In this document: positions 46,771-58,542 of the stretch, one piece after another
Position numbering within the stretch: position 1 is the stretch's first letter
How the letters are laid out: each line of letters begins with the position of its first letter
Source of the DNA: Schizochytrium sp. TIO01
Taxonomy: Eukaryota > Protista > Bigyra: Labyrinthulomycetes
Reading direction: 5' to 3'
DNA: 64,000 nucleotides
Assembly (NCBI GenBank): GCA_004764695.1
Contig: SMSO01000037.1
Location: forward strand, 534,747 to 598,746
Translations under genes and position numbers: made by a program
The notes under the pieces: model-generated
Told to the model about the DNA's origin: nothing
The model's input: only the letters and a program-made list of their open reading frames with translations
Database searches by the model: none

Positions 46771-48240
46771 TCACAACTCATCACGGTCTTGTACAACTTC
46801 CTTATCATCTCTCATTGATTTGGATGATTGCTTTGAAGTGCTGGTAGGCGGGTATTTGTGAACAAGTGGATATACAGCAGGTCCGGGGCGAGAGATGGCA
46901 GAGATAATACCTGAGTCACGTCGCGTACGAGCTGACCCTTTTTTAAAATAAGGCCCACTCATCTCTTCATCACACGCAATACAGCGGTTTAAGCTGCCAT
47001 CAGGGAGGTTGTTGGGTGAGCGCATCAGGAGCATGCAGATAGACATACAACGCTTGCGTGTATTACGAGCATTAAAGAGCCAGATATCTGCGCACGGCTC
47101 ACTGAATCCAAGGTCTTGGAGGCAGTCAAGGGCCCATTCCTCACTAATGAAGGACTTCAGGGCACATTTCCTGACAGGTGTCGTCAAATCGGGCTTGGCA
47201 ACATAAACAATGAGATCTTTCAAAGACGAACAAAGACCGCATGCATACTGATGGGTAACAATGGCGCCATCATCAATTGCAGCCTTTTCAGATGCATAGG
47301 TTTCCATGGAGTAGTATTCGTTGTTTGGGGGTTGGAACTTAACAGCGCAAACCTCCTCAGGGTCCATCCATGTACTGAAGTTAGGGTCGAGAAAGGGATC
47401 GATCGCCGGCCTTTCAGGGGCATTTGTGGGTTTTTTACTGGCAAGATTGTCGAGAAACGTTTGGTCATACTTGGGTTGCTTCCATGCTTCTTCTTGCTTG
47501 ATAAGTTCTTCATTGATCGGGGGCAGACTAAGGTTTGCAAGAGCTTCAGAGCTGTTGTCGTAAAAGTTCAGGCCAGCACCTAGGTTGAAAACTGTATCTG
47601 TCGCCTTGGCCTCACACACCTCGTAGCATTCGTGAGAAAGGTCCATCTCGGCAACACACGAGAAAGAGCACGAGTAGAATCCCTGGAGCGATCGAAAGTG
47701 CAAAAGTTCTGAGCACGGCGTAGTGAAACCCATATCGCGGTAGCACTCAATAGCCCAGTCGCGGGAGATAATGCCCTTGGCAACGCAAGGTTGGTGCGCA
47801 TGCTCAAAGCTTTGTGTGCCATTAGGCTCAAATTCAGCAAACACAACAAGATCTTTTAAAGTTGAGCAAACTCCGCATGCGCCAGTGTGAACAAGTTGCA
47901 TTTCTTCATCAGCCTCAAGGGCTTCCTTCGAGACAGTTCTAAATTGATACACGAGGTTGGTAGGCTCAATAAACTCAAGGCCACAGACAGCGTTTTCCGG
48001 TGCACCCTTGAAGTAGTCCTTGAGGATTTGTTGATCCCGAAATGGATTACCCAACAGTGGTGTCGGATGGTTGAACTGTACAAGGCGGTTAATGTGCGCT
48101 TTGGTCGCTTCGTCAACCTTCACCGCAATTCCTGTATCTTTGTCTGCTACATCTGCTTCCGCAATAGTGGCAAGGACAGCTAAGAGGCAGAGTGTCGCCA
48201 ATGCCCGAGCAGCCACACTAGAAGCCCATGCGCGAGCCAT
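46771..48240 (-). CDS. Secretory-pathway Cys-rich protein with two tandem homologous domains and a C-terminal RDEL ER-retention signal
   Basis: Signal peptide MARAWASSVAARALATLCLLAVLATIAEA. Duplicated motif H.(G/Y)ACG.CS(T/S)LKDL.V...C.....S..WA..C..D.GF..PC. Ends in RDEL*. Confidence 0.85.
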   Translation of the reverse strand: MARAWASSVAARALATLCLLAVLATIAEADVADKDTGIAVKVDEATKAHINRLVQFNHPTPLLGNPFRDQQILKDYFKGAPENAVCGLEFIEPTNLVYQFRTVSKEALEADEEMQLVHTGACGVCSTLKDLVVFAEFEPNGTQSFEHAHQPCVAKGIISRDWAIECYRDMGFTTPCSELLHFRSLQGFYSCSFSCVAEMDLSHECYEVCEAKATDTVFNLGAGLNFYDNSSEALANLSLPPINEELIKQEEAWKQPKYDQTFLDNLASKKPTNAPERPAIDPFLDPNFSTWMDPEEVCAVKFQPPNNEYYSMETYASEKAAIDDGAIVTHQYACGLCSSLKDLIVYVAKPDLTTPVRKCALKSFISEEWALDCLQDLGFSEPCADIWLFNARNTRKRCMSICMLLMRSPNNLPDGSLNRCIACDEEMSGPYFKKGSARTRRDSGIISAISRPGPAVYPLVHKYPPTSTSKQSSKSMRDDKEVVQDRDEL

Positions 48241-48954
48241 GATCACGACTCCCAAAACTTGACCGAAGCTCTCACAGATCTTCTTTGCTCTGCGTTTCCG
48301 ATTTGCTGATTGTATTGCCTGCTTCTTTGATTTTAATTTTAATTAAAACCAAAATTAAAGTATAATAGAAATCGTGGTGTTGCCATTTTGTCGTTTGAAC
48401 ACAGGGTATTTATTATACAGCAACCAAAACAGCTGGAGAGGATCTATCTTTGTGAAATAGAGCTGTCCCATTTTTCAAAAGAGGATTTATGCTATTGGTG
48501 TCAATCAAGAATGAACCTATAAAAGAAGAAACATCACAACTTTCATTTATGAACTAACTTTAACCATCACAACAATTGTAAAAACGGAGTGCTTCTATAT
48601 CGCTCTCTAGACAAACCAGTTGTTTACTCTCCGTCTTCAATTATTAATTATTTCGACTGCAGCTCTGCACAAAATGTGGCTGCGGCTAACACGATTGCAT
48701 TTCTCGTACTCGTACTGGAAAGTTTCAGGCTGGCATTGTCCTCTAGAAGGACGTTTCCTTTATTTCGCATGCATCAACTAAGTCGTCGAAAAGTTTTACA
48801 AAGTAAGCGTTTGACTCACGCAATTGAATCTCTTTTTACAGATGGATATACAAAGGCAGAGAGAACGACCAATTTTAATTGGAAAAAAGGAATGAACGAG
48901 AAAATGAATGAACGTGTGAGCCAGCCAGAATAGAACCCAATCCACCCCGTTCTC

Positions 48955-51291
48955 ATGTGTGGCATTGGGGTTGTGGTCTCCGCACTTGCCAGTGGCGATG
49001 CCGCTGCTGCTGTGAAAGCTTTGCTTCGTCGTCGGGGCCCAGACTTTTTTGGCGAGCACAACGTTCGTATTTGCAATACCGATGATGCAGCAGGGCTGCA
49101 ACTTAGCATCTTGGCAGCGGTGCTTTCTATGCGGGAGCCGCTCTTTGCTCAACCATGCAAGATCATGAATAACGAAAGCTTTGTCGCATATAACGGCGAG
49201 GTATACGAAATCGATGATGCTTGCATCGCAGGCAAACCAGACACGCCAGAGGTCGTGCGTTTGGTGGAAGGTGCTTTGTGTAGGGATGGCATTGACCACG
49301 ACGCAATAATGTTCGATGGAGGCTCTAATCGTGAGATGGAGATGTTGGGCGAGGATGGTGGCGATCTTGAGCGCCTTTCAAAGGCGCTCTTGCGTCTGAA
49401 TGGCCCATGGGCAATTATTGTTTGGGATGCACGCCACCAAAGACTGATCTTTGCTCGTGATCCGCTGGGCCGACGAAGCCTCCTTAGGTGGCATGGTCAA
49501 CCAGGTGACTCGACTGCGTTTGGAATCGCATCAGTTGCTCCCAAAGGCGCACAACGTTGTCATGAATTTGAACCATCAGGGTTGTACGTTCTTGATGTTG
49601 GAGCTTTGGCTGTTGCTGCTGCTGTTGCAACAGAGACTGAAAATCAAGATGAAGATCCTTTTATAAATCTTCGTCACTTGCCTTTTCCAAATCGAATCGA
49701 ACCGCAATCGATTGATGTTACGATGCAAACAGCGGAGGCTAGTCCTGATGTCTTAATGCAGAGTGCGAATGTATTACTTGAATCTCTACGCAAAGCTGTC
49801 CGTCTTCGCGTGCAGTACCATTGCGAAGGAGCGGTGGGAGTACTGTTCTCAGGGGGTGTTGATTGCACAGTGTTAGCTGCTCTTGCACATTCATACCTGC
49901 CATTGAGTGAACCTATCGACTTATTTAATGTGTGTTTTGAGGCTCCGCACCATCGGTCACCGGATCGCATGTCAGCATTGGCTAGTTGCTCTGAATTGCA
50001 ACAAGCCTTTCCGGAGCGCAAGTGGAATTTAGTATGCATTGACAATGACGACAGTGATCTAGTTCGAGAAGAATCCCACATCATCTCTGTCTTATGTCCT
50101 CGTACAACCCATATGGATTTTAATATTGGGTCCGCACTATGGTTTGCTTCAAATGCCAAGGGTTACATTGCCGAGGAACCCGATTTTCATGATATTCCAA
50201 AACATAGCGTCAAGGAAGCAGAAAGCATCGCGGAACTACGTATGAAAGCTTTGCTTGGTCAAGATGAACACGAAAAAGTTAAAGGCAAGAAGCAAAAGAC
50301 TCACTCTCAAACTCATGGGGAATCAGATGGAAACGTTGTGCAAGACGTACTCCAGGTTTCCAAGAAAGATTGCTCGTTGAAGTGTGCTGGTTCGCGGTGC
50401 CGAGGTGGAGAGCACCTGAAGGCATCTTGTGCACATCAGTCGTGCGCTACATGCTGCAAAATGCACCAGCGCGCGGACTCTGCGGCTGCGCGATGTGGAC
50501 CCCATAAGCTCGCGAAGGACAAGGATGCTGCGCGAAAACGTCGTCGCCAAGGCGAACTAAGCGAAAGGGCGGAGTTAAAGGGACAAGCTGAAACAAAAAG
50601 TGAGTTTATGGATGAAAGATCAGACGAGGGACTTAGTAAAGAGAGCGAAGGGTGTGCAAGCAAAAGGACTCATCCGAAGGAGTTGTGCGGCGTTCCTCGC
50701 GGTGATGGTAGTAATGACAGCGTGGCTGGGGCTACATCATGCAAAGAAAAGCATATATATTGCTCACCGGCACGAATACTATTAAGTGGGCTTGGTGCTG
50801 ATGAACAACTCGGAGGCTACGGAAGGCACAGAGTGGCATTCACAAAGGGAAGCTGGGACAGTCTCCGTGCAGAGATTGAGGGTGATATTGCTCGTCTGTG
50901 GCATCGCAACCTCGGTCGCGATGACCGTTGTATTTCTGACCGTGGTATGGAGGTACGGCACCCGTTTTTGGACGAAAATGTGATGAAAACCATTGCTTCA
51001 CTACCCTTTCGCCACGTGATGGACCCCACCCTTCGTGAGGGAACCGGGGATAAACGCATCTTGAGGATGATTGCATGCAAGCTTGGGCTTCCGGGTGCAT
51101 CGGGTTTGGCCAAGCGAGCCATCCAGTTTGGTACGAGAATTGCGCAAGTGTCTCGTGCGCATGCACCAGGCAGTAACCGGTCCTACGATCCTTCTGCAGA
51201 GTACGTTCTGCGAGGGTCTATTGAAGGAGCTGGTATCGATTCTTCTGCTAATGATGTGATTAGCGCTGCAAAAGATCTCGCAAGTCTATGA
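48955..51291 (+). CDS. ASNSD1: Asparagine synthetase domain-containing protein 1 with a zinc-finger insertion
   Basis: MCGI Ntn N-terminus, RRGPD, VLSMR, YNGEVY, ARDPLGRRSLL, VLFSGGVDC, PIDLFNVCF, PDR, MDFNIGSALWFA, LSGLGADEQLGGYGRHR, RNLGRDDR, PFLDE, KRAIQFG. Confidence 0.93.
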   Translation: MCGIGVVVSALASGDAAAAVKALLRRRGPDFFGEHNVRICNTDDAAGLQLSILAAVLSMREPLFAQPCKIMNNESFVAYNGEVYEIDDACIAGKPDTPEVVRLVEGALCRDGIDHDAIMFDGGSNREMEMLGEDGGDLERLSKALLRLNGPWAIIVWDARHQRLIFARDPLGRRSLLRWHGQPGDSTAFGIASVAPKGAQRCHEFEPSGLYVLDVGALAVAAAVATETENQDEDPFINLRHLPFPNRIEPQSIDVTMQTAEASPDVLMQSANVLLESLRKAVRLRVQYHCEGAVGVLFSGGVDCTVLAALAHSYLPLSEPIDLFNVCFEAPHHRSPDRMSALASCSELQQAFPERKWNLVCIDNDDSDLVREESHIISVLCPRTTHMDFNIGSALWFASNAKGYIAEEPDFHDIPKHSVKEAESIAELRMKALLGQDEHEKVKGKKQKTHSQTHGESDGNVVQDVLQVSKKDCSLKCAGSRCRGGEHLKASCAHQSCATCCKMHQRADSAAARCGPHKLAKDKDAARKRRRQGELSERAELKGQAETKSEFMDERSDEGLSKESEGCASKRTHPKELCGVPRGDGSNDSVAGATSCKEKHIYCSPARILLSGLGADEQLGGYGRHRVAFTKGSWDSLRAEIEGDIARLWHRNLGRDDRCISDRGMEVRHPFLDENVMKTIASLPFRHVMDPTLREGTGDKRILRMIACKLGLPGASGLAKRAIQFGTRIAQVSRAHAPGSNRSYDPSAEYVLRGSIEGAGIDSSANDVISAAKDLASL

Positions 51292-52197
51292 GCGAAAGAA
51301 AGTGTTATAGATTTGATCGTAAACCCACGGAACTGGCAGTACATGACCCTTTTCGTGCTGCACGGTTACCCCCCCCATGACTCGTGCTAGCTCACGGCTC
51401 CGTTCAGCATAGATCATGCGGTCGAGTTCGCTAAAGACATGCAAAGATCGGTGGCCCTTTGCAACCCGCAAATCAGCTCCCTTGAACGGGTACCCTGAAC
51501 AGACGATGCTAATGTCAAACTTCAAATTGTGTTTTTTCTGAAATTCCTCGGAACTCAGTAGGCCCACGAGACTTGCGCCCTGGCTGTACCCAAGTACCCC
51601 GTCGAAAGGTCCAAACTCCTCGAGGGCTTTGGCAACCACCTCTACTGAAGTTTCGAGTCCTGCGCTGGGGTCATCATCCTCGCCATACCACCACGCCCTC
51701 GTAGAGCATGGAGTGCCCCGAGGCCGGGCGGGTTTCCGCCTTAGAGATTTGTTTGCTCCTAAATTCACCTGTGCCTCCACCTCATGCGGAGATTCAAGTG
51801 CGATGAGCTCAATTTTTTCGCCACTAATGAACTCTACTTCCACAAGTCCACGGTCAACTTGTATGATGGACTCTTTGAAGTCGTTCTTCAGGTTGTTGTC
51901 TGTCTCACTGCTGACATTCCCGAACCGGTGTACAGTCCGCTCGACCTGGTCCACCCGCACTCGGGTGCTGCTCACCATCGTGGTCGCATTGGAATTTTCG
52001 AGTGAAGTCTCGTCGTCCAAGTCCTGCGTGGACAGCTCAGGGTCTTGAGAGGAAGAGTAGGAGGTTGGAGCAGACGCTGCGGTTATGGGGCCGGCGTTGG
52101 TGAAGTCCATGCCGCCCTTGGCGAGTTTACATCCTGCCAGCTTCTCCGCAAACCGGCTGGCACTCTGGTACCTCCCGTGTAGCGCAAGTAGACGCAT
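51286..52197 (-). CDS. OVCA2: FSH1/OVCA2-family serine hydrolase
   Basis: RLLALHGRYQS, RAWW, GPFDGVLGYSQGA (nucleophile elbow), SLHV....D, HEKGHVLP (catalytic His). Confidence 0.88.
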   Translation of the reverse strand: MRLLALHGRYQSASRFAEKLAGCKLAKGGMDFTNAGPITAASAPTSYSSSQDPELSTQDLDDETSLENSNATTMVSSTRVRVDQVERTVHRFGNVSSETDNNLKNDFKESIIQVDRGLVEVEFISGEKIELIALESPHEVEAQVNLGANKSLRRKPARPRGTPCSTRAWWYGEDDDPSAGLETSVEVVAKALEEFGPFDGVLGYSQGASLVGLLSSEEFQKKHNLKFDISIVCSGYPFKGADLRVAKGHRSLHVFSELDRMIYAERSRELARVMGGVTVQHEKGHVLPVPWVYDQIYNTFFRS

Positions 52198-52281
52198 TGT
52201 TGATCGGGCGAGACGTCCGGCTGCCGGACTTTAGCTCTCACGCCTGCTCTGTCCTTTCTTCGTTAGATGGATTGATCGTCT

Positions 52282-52316
52282 TTCATTCATTCATTCATTC
52301 ATTCATTCATTCATTC
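52282..52316. repeat. (TTCA)n microsatellite just upstream of the FSH1/OVCA2 start
   Basis: Read directly. Confidence 0.85.
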
Positions 52317-53801
52317 TTTCATTCTTTCATTCATTAGTTCATTAGTTCATTTATCTTCCTTTATAGAAATGAATCCATGATTGTTCATTTGATTTCATTA
52401 ATAGAAAGGTCATTTTGTATGATGTTTTCTAAAACTTGAGATTCATGTCTTATCAAAACAACTCATTCAATTTAGATCATGCATCATATACATTGGGCCC
52501 CGGCTCAGTTTTCATACCGATTGGGCCTCGAGTTTAGTTGACTGCCTTAGCGAGGTACTCAGGTACGTACTTCGTTGAACATATAGAACTAACTATCTAG
52601 TGTTTAATTATGCTTGTTTGCTTGCTTGCTTGATTTGGATATAATTGAAAGCACTTCAAGCTTTTCAGAAGCTCGTAAAGTGCTGAAGATCAGCACGCCG
52701 TGCAAGGGTTCCAGCTATTGGAGCAGGGTAGCTAGTTGAATCAATTTATGTTATCATAACGCGAGCCTAAGTCTGATAGTCTGATGCACAAATCCTCATG
52801 ATACGAGTGTAAACATCCATATCAGGCATGCATTCATTCGCTCAGGTAATCCGCCGGCTGGACAAGCGTACTAGTGAATTTCCGCAACATAAATCACCGC
52901 TGGTTCCTCTTGAAGAACTGCCCTCGTTGCGTCCTAGTTGCTCTTGACTTGGTTCTCTCCGAACCAGCATGCTTTTTCTAAACCCTCTGATCTCGGCGGA
53001 AAAAAGCTTTTTTCAGTTTTGAGTGAGTGAGTGAGCGAGTGAGTGCAATACTTTAGGTTTAGGTGGTAGATCTCCACTCGTGCTGCATGGAATCAGGCTG
53101 TGTTGAACCAGCGCTAGTAACATACACTCGGATAGTCAGGGACCTTAGCTAAGCTATTCGTGTTACTGTGCAAAAGCTCAGGAACACGCGCAAGAAGAAG
53201 TAACATACGTATTCCAAGAATTACATCCTGGAACCTCCATGAAGAGTAACCCGACAAGCCTACCTGTAGAATTCATCACCTCGTGTCAGTGGTCTCGTCC
53301 TCGTCCCCGGCCTGCTTCTGCGGCTTCTTCCTCTACTCACCGTCATCGTCTCAGTCATCGTCGCACCCATCGTGGCGCAAATGCTCGATTACATTTGTCT
53401 CCAACCACATTCATTACCAACATATGTTGAGATTACGCCAACTTCAACCACAACATAGGAAGAACACCAACAAGAACAAGCAGCAGAGACTTGCCTCTCG
53501 AACCGAGAGCACTCAAACGCAAAACGCCCACCTCAGCAACATCGGTTGAGGTATTCGTTGCCAGCAATCAGCAAACATCTGCCAGCCCAGGTCAGCTTCT
53601 TCTCCTTCTTCAAGTCCAGTCTCGCAGTTGTCCTCGTCGCTGCTGGGCCATCGCAATCTCCTCGAGGCGCATTCTTTCCATTCCATCTGCGAAGAGAGCA
53701 CCAAAAACTTGGGTACCTACCTATAGATAGATAACAACAACAAACAAACCAACAAACAAACAAACAAACCAACAAAAAGGCATCGGCAGACCCCGAACAC
53801 C

Positions 53802-56049
53802 ATGGCCGCCGCCCGCCTGCTTGCGCTCGATCTCCTCCGCGCGCCGGCGCCGGCGTCCACGCTGCTCGTGTACACCCCTGGCATCGCCTCCTCGCGCGTG
53901 GGCGCCAAGAGCGACGCTTTCCAGGCCCTAGGTACGAGAATTCCACGAGCGGAGGACCCGCGAGAAAGCAGAAACAGAGAGCGCGAAGAGAGAAAGAGAG
54001 AAACAGAGAAAGAGAGAAACAGAGAAAGAGAGAAAGAGAGAAACAGAGAGACTAAGAGAGAAAGTGCTAAGGAAAACTAAGGGAGAAAGCAAAAGCGCCC
54101 AAAACTCAAGAAATACGATGAATGAATCAGTGAATGAATCAATGAATGAATCAATGAATGATGAATGAATCATCAATGACAACAACGCAAAGCAGTCTAA
54201 GCACAAGCGAAGACAGCCAGTCCCGTTCTCTCTGCGTGCGGAGGAACAGCCGTATTGTTTTGCCTGACCGCTGCCAGCTTCAAAGGGAACAGCGGACATC
54301 TGCCCCAGATGTAATGCAGCCAATATGGGCGCAAGGACCAGTCGCCACAGACCACGCTGGCGCCGCGAATTCGCATTTCTGCTCTGAGCGGCGCAACGAC
54401 ATTGGCATTGCGGCCGCCAATACTCGAGCAGGTCGAATCAAGGTAGCCGAGGGGCAGGCAGCGTTTGTGCATAGTTCTTGGGTGACCAGGCGTCCCTGGC
54501 TAGACTGAGCGATTGAGCGGGTGAGCGAGTGAGTCAGTGAGCTAGCTCTGTAATTGCTAGCTGTAATTGCTAGCTGATCTAATTATTAGGAAGCATACTT
54601 GTCGTGGCTCTCTTCGCAATCTGAAAGGGAGGACCTAAGAGAGCGATGATCGCCTGAAGGCACTTACTTGCCCTGCTCGAGACGCCCTGGAACGAACTAG
54701 TGTCAAGCTTGTGACTGGATTGCATTGCATTGAGTTTGGTTGGAGTTGAGGGTGGTGCTTGCGATGTGCTGTGCTTATCTTACAACGATGGGTTTGTTGT
54801 CCTACGATTGCACAAGAGCATGCATGCGCTGGGCCAACGTGGCAATGAGGAAAACTGACCTTTATTGTTATACATGTGTGTGTTTTATATTTATGCGTAT
54901 GTGCGGTTTAACGATCACAGCGGAGAAACTATCGTGGGATTTTGTGCGGTATGATCTCGTAGGTCATGGCGAATCCGAGGGCAGCCTGATGGACCTCAGT
55001 GTGACTGGCACTCTGCAAGACTTGCAACAGATCATCCGCGATACGCAGCGAGACGAATCGCAGCGTCTGTTTCTAGCCGGAGCGTCTTTTGGAGGTTACA
55101 TTTCCTGCCTGGCTGCGCGCGAGATGCGGGCCTCCGAGCGGGTCGTAGGACTGGCCTCGCTAGGCGGTGCATACTACGTACGTTTCTTATAAATGGGTTC
55201 CTGAAGAAAGAAGGGGTTGCGGATGCAGTGATTCTATAAAGGAGGAAAGCACGAGGAACCACCAAGGACGAAGTCAGTGATCCTCGCTTAGGGACGGCAA
55301 TTCGCGGAATGTGTTGTGCGAGCTAAACATTACGATTTGATCTGGCTTGGACTTGACATGGGGGGACGGTGGTGAACAAAATAAACGGAAATAGCTCCGT
55401 TAGTTCTGATACATTCTGAGTTCTTCCGGGAATATAATATATATATATACACGCATAATAAGGTAGCGCATAATACAATGATTGCTGCCATCGATGGTCC
55501 TTGAGCGTGGTTACGGCATATGCAGACGGGTAGAAGACAACGTAGAAAGGTATAGGGGATGACTAACAAATGCGACTTGATTCTATTGCTCGGCCATAGT
55601 TCCCAAAACATATGAGTAAACTGGCTCAGCGTGACGCATCTTCAGTAATCTTGCCCTCCAACTACGTTGACGGCGGTGAAATTGTACTTAGCACGAATCT
55701 TGTTCAGGACGCTCAGGATTACCCTTGTGGAAAAACCCTGGGCGCTCAGATGGACTTCCTTCCCATGTATATGCTGCACGGCGAGGGCGATGAGGTGGTT
55801 TCTGAACCTGACGCATCCGCATTCTTTGACGCCTACGTGCAAGCGACTCTCGAACACAGCGCTCCTCGTGGTGTATACCAGGTTGTTGCCGCTGATCAGG
55901 GTGGGGACCACCGTGTTTCGTCCCCTGAACCCCTTGCACGATTTGTTGCTGCCATTGGATCACAGTTCGGAAAGAAGATCACTCCTTCTGATATTCAACA
56001 ACAGCAGCAACACCACCAGCCTATGCAACAACAGGTATCCCATGTATGA
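53802..56049 (+). CDS. Alpha/beta hydrolase, ABHD10-like; join(53802..53931,54921..55177,55600..56049)
   Basis: Phase-compatible GT..AG splicing gives LLVYTPGIASSRVGAKSDAFQAL|AEKLSWDFVRYDLVGHGESEG...LFLAGASFGG...GGAYY|FPKHM...LHGEGDEVV...GGDHRVS, a complete Ser-Asp-His triad. Confidence 0.85.
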
Positions 56050-57429
56050 GTAAAGAATAGTCTATGACTCTGCGACCGATGCAGATACACTCTTGAGGAA
56101 AAGAAAACATTGCACAATTGTATAAAAGGGTCTCTCTTTATATCTCGCTCATTATCTAAGTTTAGTATGGCGCAGCATTTCTGTGCCCATTTTTTTAAAG
56201 ATTCAAAATTCATTAAGTTTGCAATTCCCATTAGGCTTGCTGTCACACTGCGATCTGTAGAGTTAGTTGGGCGTTTAGACGTGAGGGGTGTGTGTGGGTA
56301 GTTTGCGTTGCTTGCTACTTTTGCCTTTTTGGTAAGTCTTCGTTCATTTCTCTTTCTCTCCACAAGTTGGTTATTGCAGAGTTGATCTTGGTTTCTCGCT
56401 TGTGTTAAATGCACATCTATGTATCTTACCCAAAGCCCAACTTTACCAGAACCCCCCTACGATGTGTCATATAACCGCGCTTCATCTTCGTTGGTTTAGC
56501 TGTGTATAATATACAAAAATTACAAAAATTAAATAAACCAATCTATTCAGTGTGTACCTGGTACTTTTGCGAACCATACTAGAATATCCTGGCTTGCTTA
56601 ATATTTTACAAACGCACTTGAAAAACTCGTATTGTTAGGTTGTAGAAGACCTGAGCACTGTAACATTTAAACTTGGACCTTGTTCTATCCCCGTCTTTCC
56701 GGTTTTCGTCGCACATAACATCACAGAGCATCGACAACGCCCTGGTTGACTTGGCGCGTTTTCCCTCATTCAGCCACCATGATATCTTGACGTTAGCTTG
56801 CCACTTCTAAATGGAGTGAGTCCCGTCGCACAACGTCTCCGTTCTCCATCCTATTTTCTAGTTTTGGCACGCGCGTGACGCCTGAATCGTAAGGCCTTCA
56901 CAACGCCTTTGCACGCGCCGATTTTCTCGCAAACCTTTTTTGCCTTCTCCGGTATTTCTTCTTATCATGTTCTCTCCGGTGACGAATGGAAAATCGAACA
57001 AGAGGATATTCGCCACGAAGATAGAGAACTCAAACGGTACAGGCCGACTGACTGCTCTTTGCCATAGCTAGTTGAGGTTACCGGCTGGAGGCCACGAGGT
57101 TCTTCCGGGCCATGCCCAATAAATAAACAGTCCATCGAATAGTGCCTTCTGCAAAATCCAGGCAAGCTAGCTCTTGTCCATGGTTCATCCCAGAGTCGTC
57201 CTAAATCCTTTCCTCGCATCTGCATAAGCACGGATGGACATAGACGGAGCCTTTCGTGCACAAATATCGCTCATTCTCAGAGTTGATTAGTCATGATCCA
57301 TCCCTTCAGACATTGGTCTATAATTCGTGCATTTCAAGGGAGCGCGTGGCGCGCCTTCTTGTCTCTTCAAACGGATTGGATGTCATCCACATCATATCGC
57401 TATGCCTTCGTTCGACCTTTATCTTCGCC

Positions 57430-57430
<1 letters not shown>

Positions 57431-57464
<34 letters not shown>
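57431..57464. repeat. (CT)n microsatellite
   Basis: Read directly. Confidence 0.9.
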
Positions 57465-57470
<6 letters not shown>

Positions 57471-58499
57471 GAAAGGCAGAAAGGATTTCATTTCTGACTT
57501 CTTCTATACTGCTCGTACATTCATGAAACAAGATAGAAGCTTGCAGCACTTAGAAACGAGAATCATCGCAGCCGTCAAACGATGAGAAGGTTTTCACTGA
57601 CCCCCGGACGCTTCAGCAGTGTCCCGTCCCTTGTGCTCTCTTGGTCTGTCTCCGTCTTTTCCTTCATCCCCGGAAATCATAGGCGCTTAGTTCTTCAAGA
57701 GTTAATTAGCTAAGCGCAGAAGTCGAGCAGCTTTCGAGACGCCAAGACAAGAAACCAGACATCAGCAGCGCAGAGCGGTTTCCACGACTGTCTTCGAGCG
57801 TCGAAACCTGCAAAGCGGCATTGCAAACACGTGTGTTCTCGCAGACTGACTATGGCGGTCTCTCGCTGGGGACAGCGCGAGTCTGGTCTGCCAAAGTCTA
57901 CTAAGAGTAACTACCAGCCAATAGGAGTTCACTGGCAAGTTGGAGAACAGAGACACTTTTCCACCCGCTTTTCTAACTTATATTTATTATTTACTTGTAT
58001 TGAATACATTTCATTTACCTGATCGATCTCATAAAATGGAAGCCAAAGATGGCTTGTAAAACGCCTTTCCTATTATTATAATAAATATTATTGATTAAAA
58101 TAAACATTTTTTAAAAAATAAAAATTAATAAAGGGAAACAATGCAATAGAGAGAAGAGAAGAAGAATATAATGGAACCAGCACTATTGAGAAAGCAAGGA
58201 CGGATTTTGCGACCTGATTCGAGTGGTGCTAATACAGAGAGTTTTTTGGTTTTAAAAAAAAAAGGTATTTTCTCCTAGGTAGGCCCTTTATAATTAATAG
58301 TATTCTCGGCAAGAAAATGAGATGTAGGGACTTTGAAGCGGAGATAGGGAGATTGAGCTACAGATATAGGCCGAAGATGCTCTGCCTTGGCCTGACTTGG
58401 CCTTGTTAAAAGCATCATGTACTGCCATCAATGCGTATGACAATGCGTATGAATAGGGCCGGAAGTTTGAGTTCTCGATTCTGCTCAGTCCCCTGCCTC

Positions 58500-58502
<3 letters not shown>

Positions 58503-58538
<36 letters not shown>
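58503..58538. repeat. Poly(T) tract of about 36 nt
   Basis: Read directly. Confidence 0.9.

Positions 58539-58542
<4 letters not shown>

Noticed and set aside
48892-48933. 13-codon uORF before ASNSD1, as an analogue of vertebrate ASDURF
   Set aside because: Far too short for a prefoldin-like protein, and its ATGs derive from TGAA repeats.
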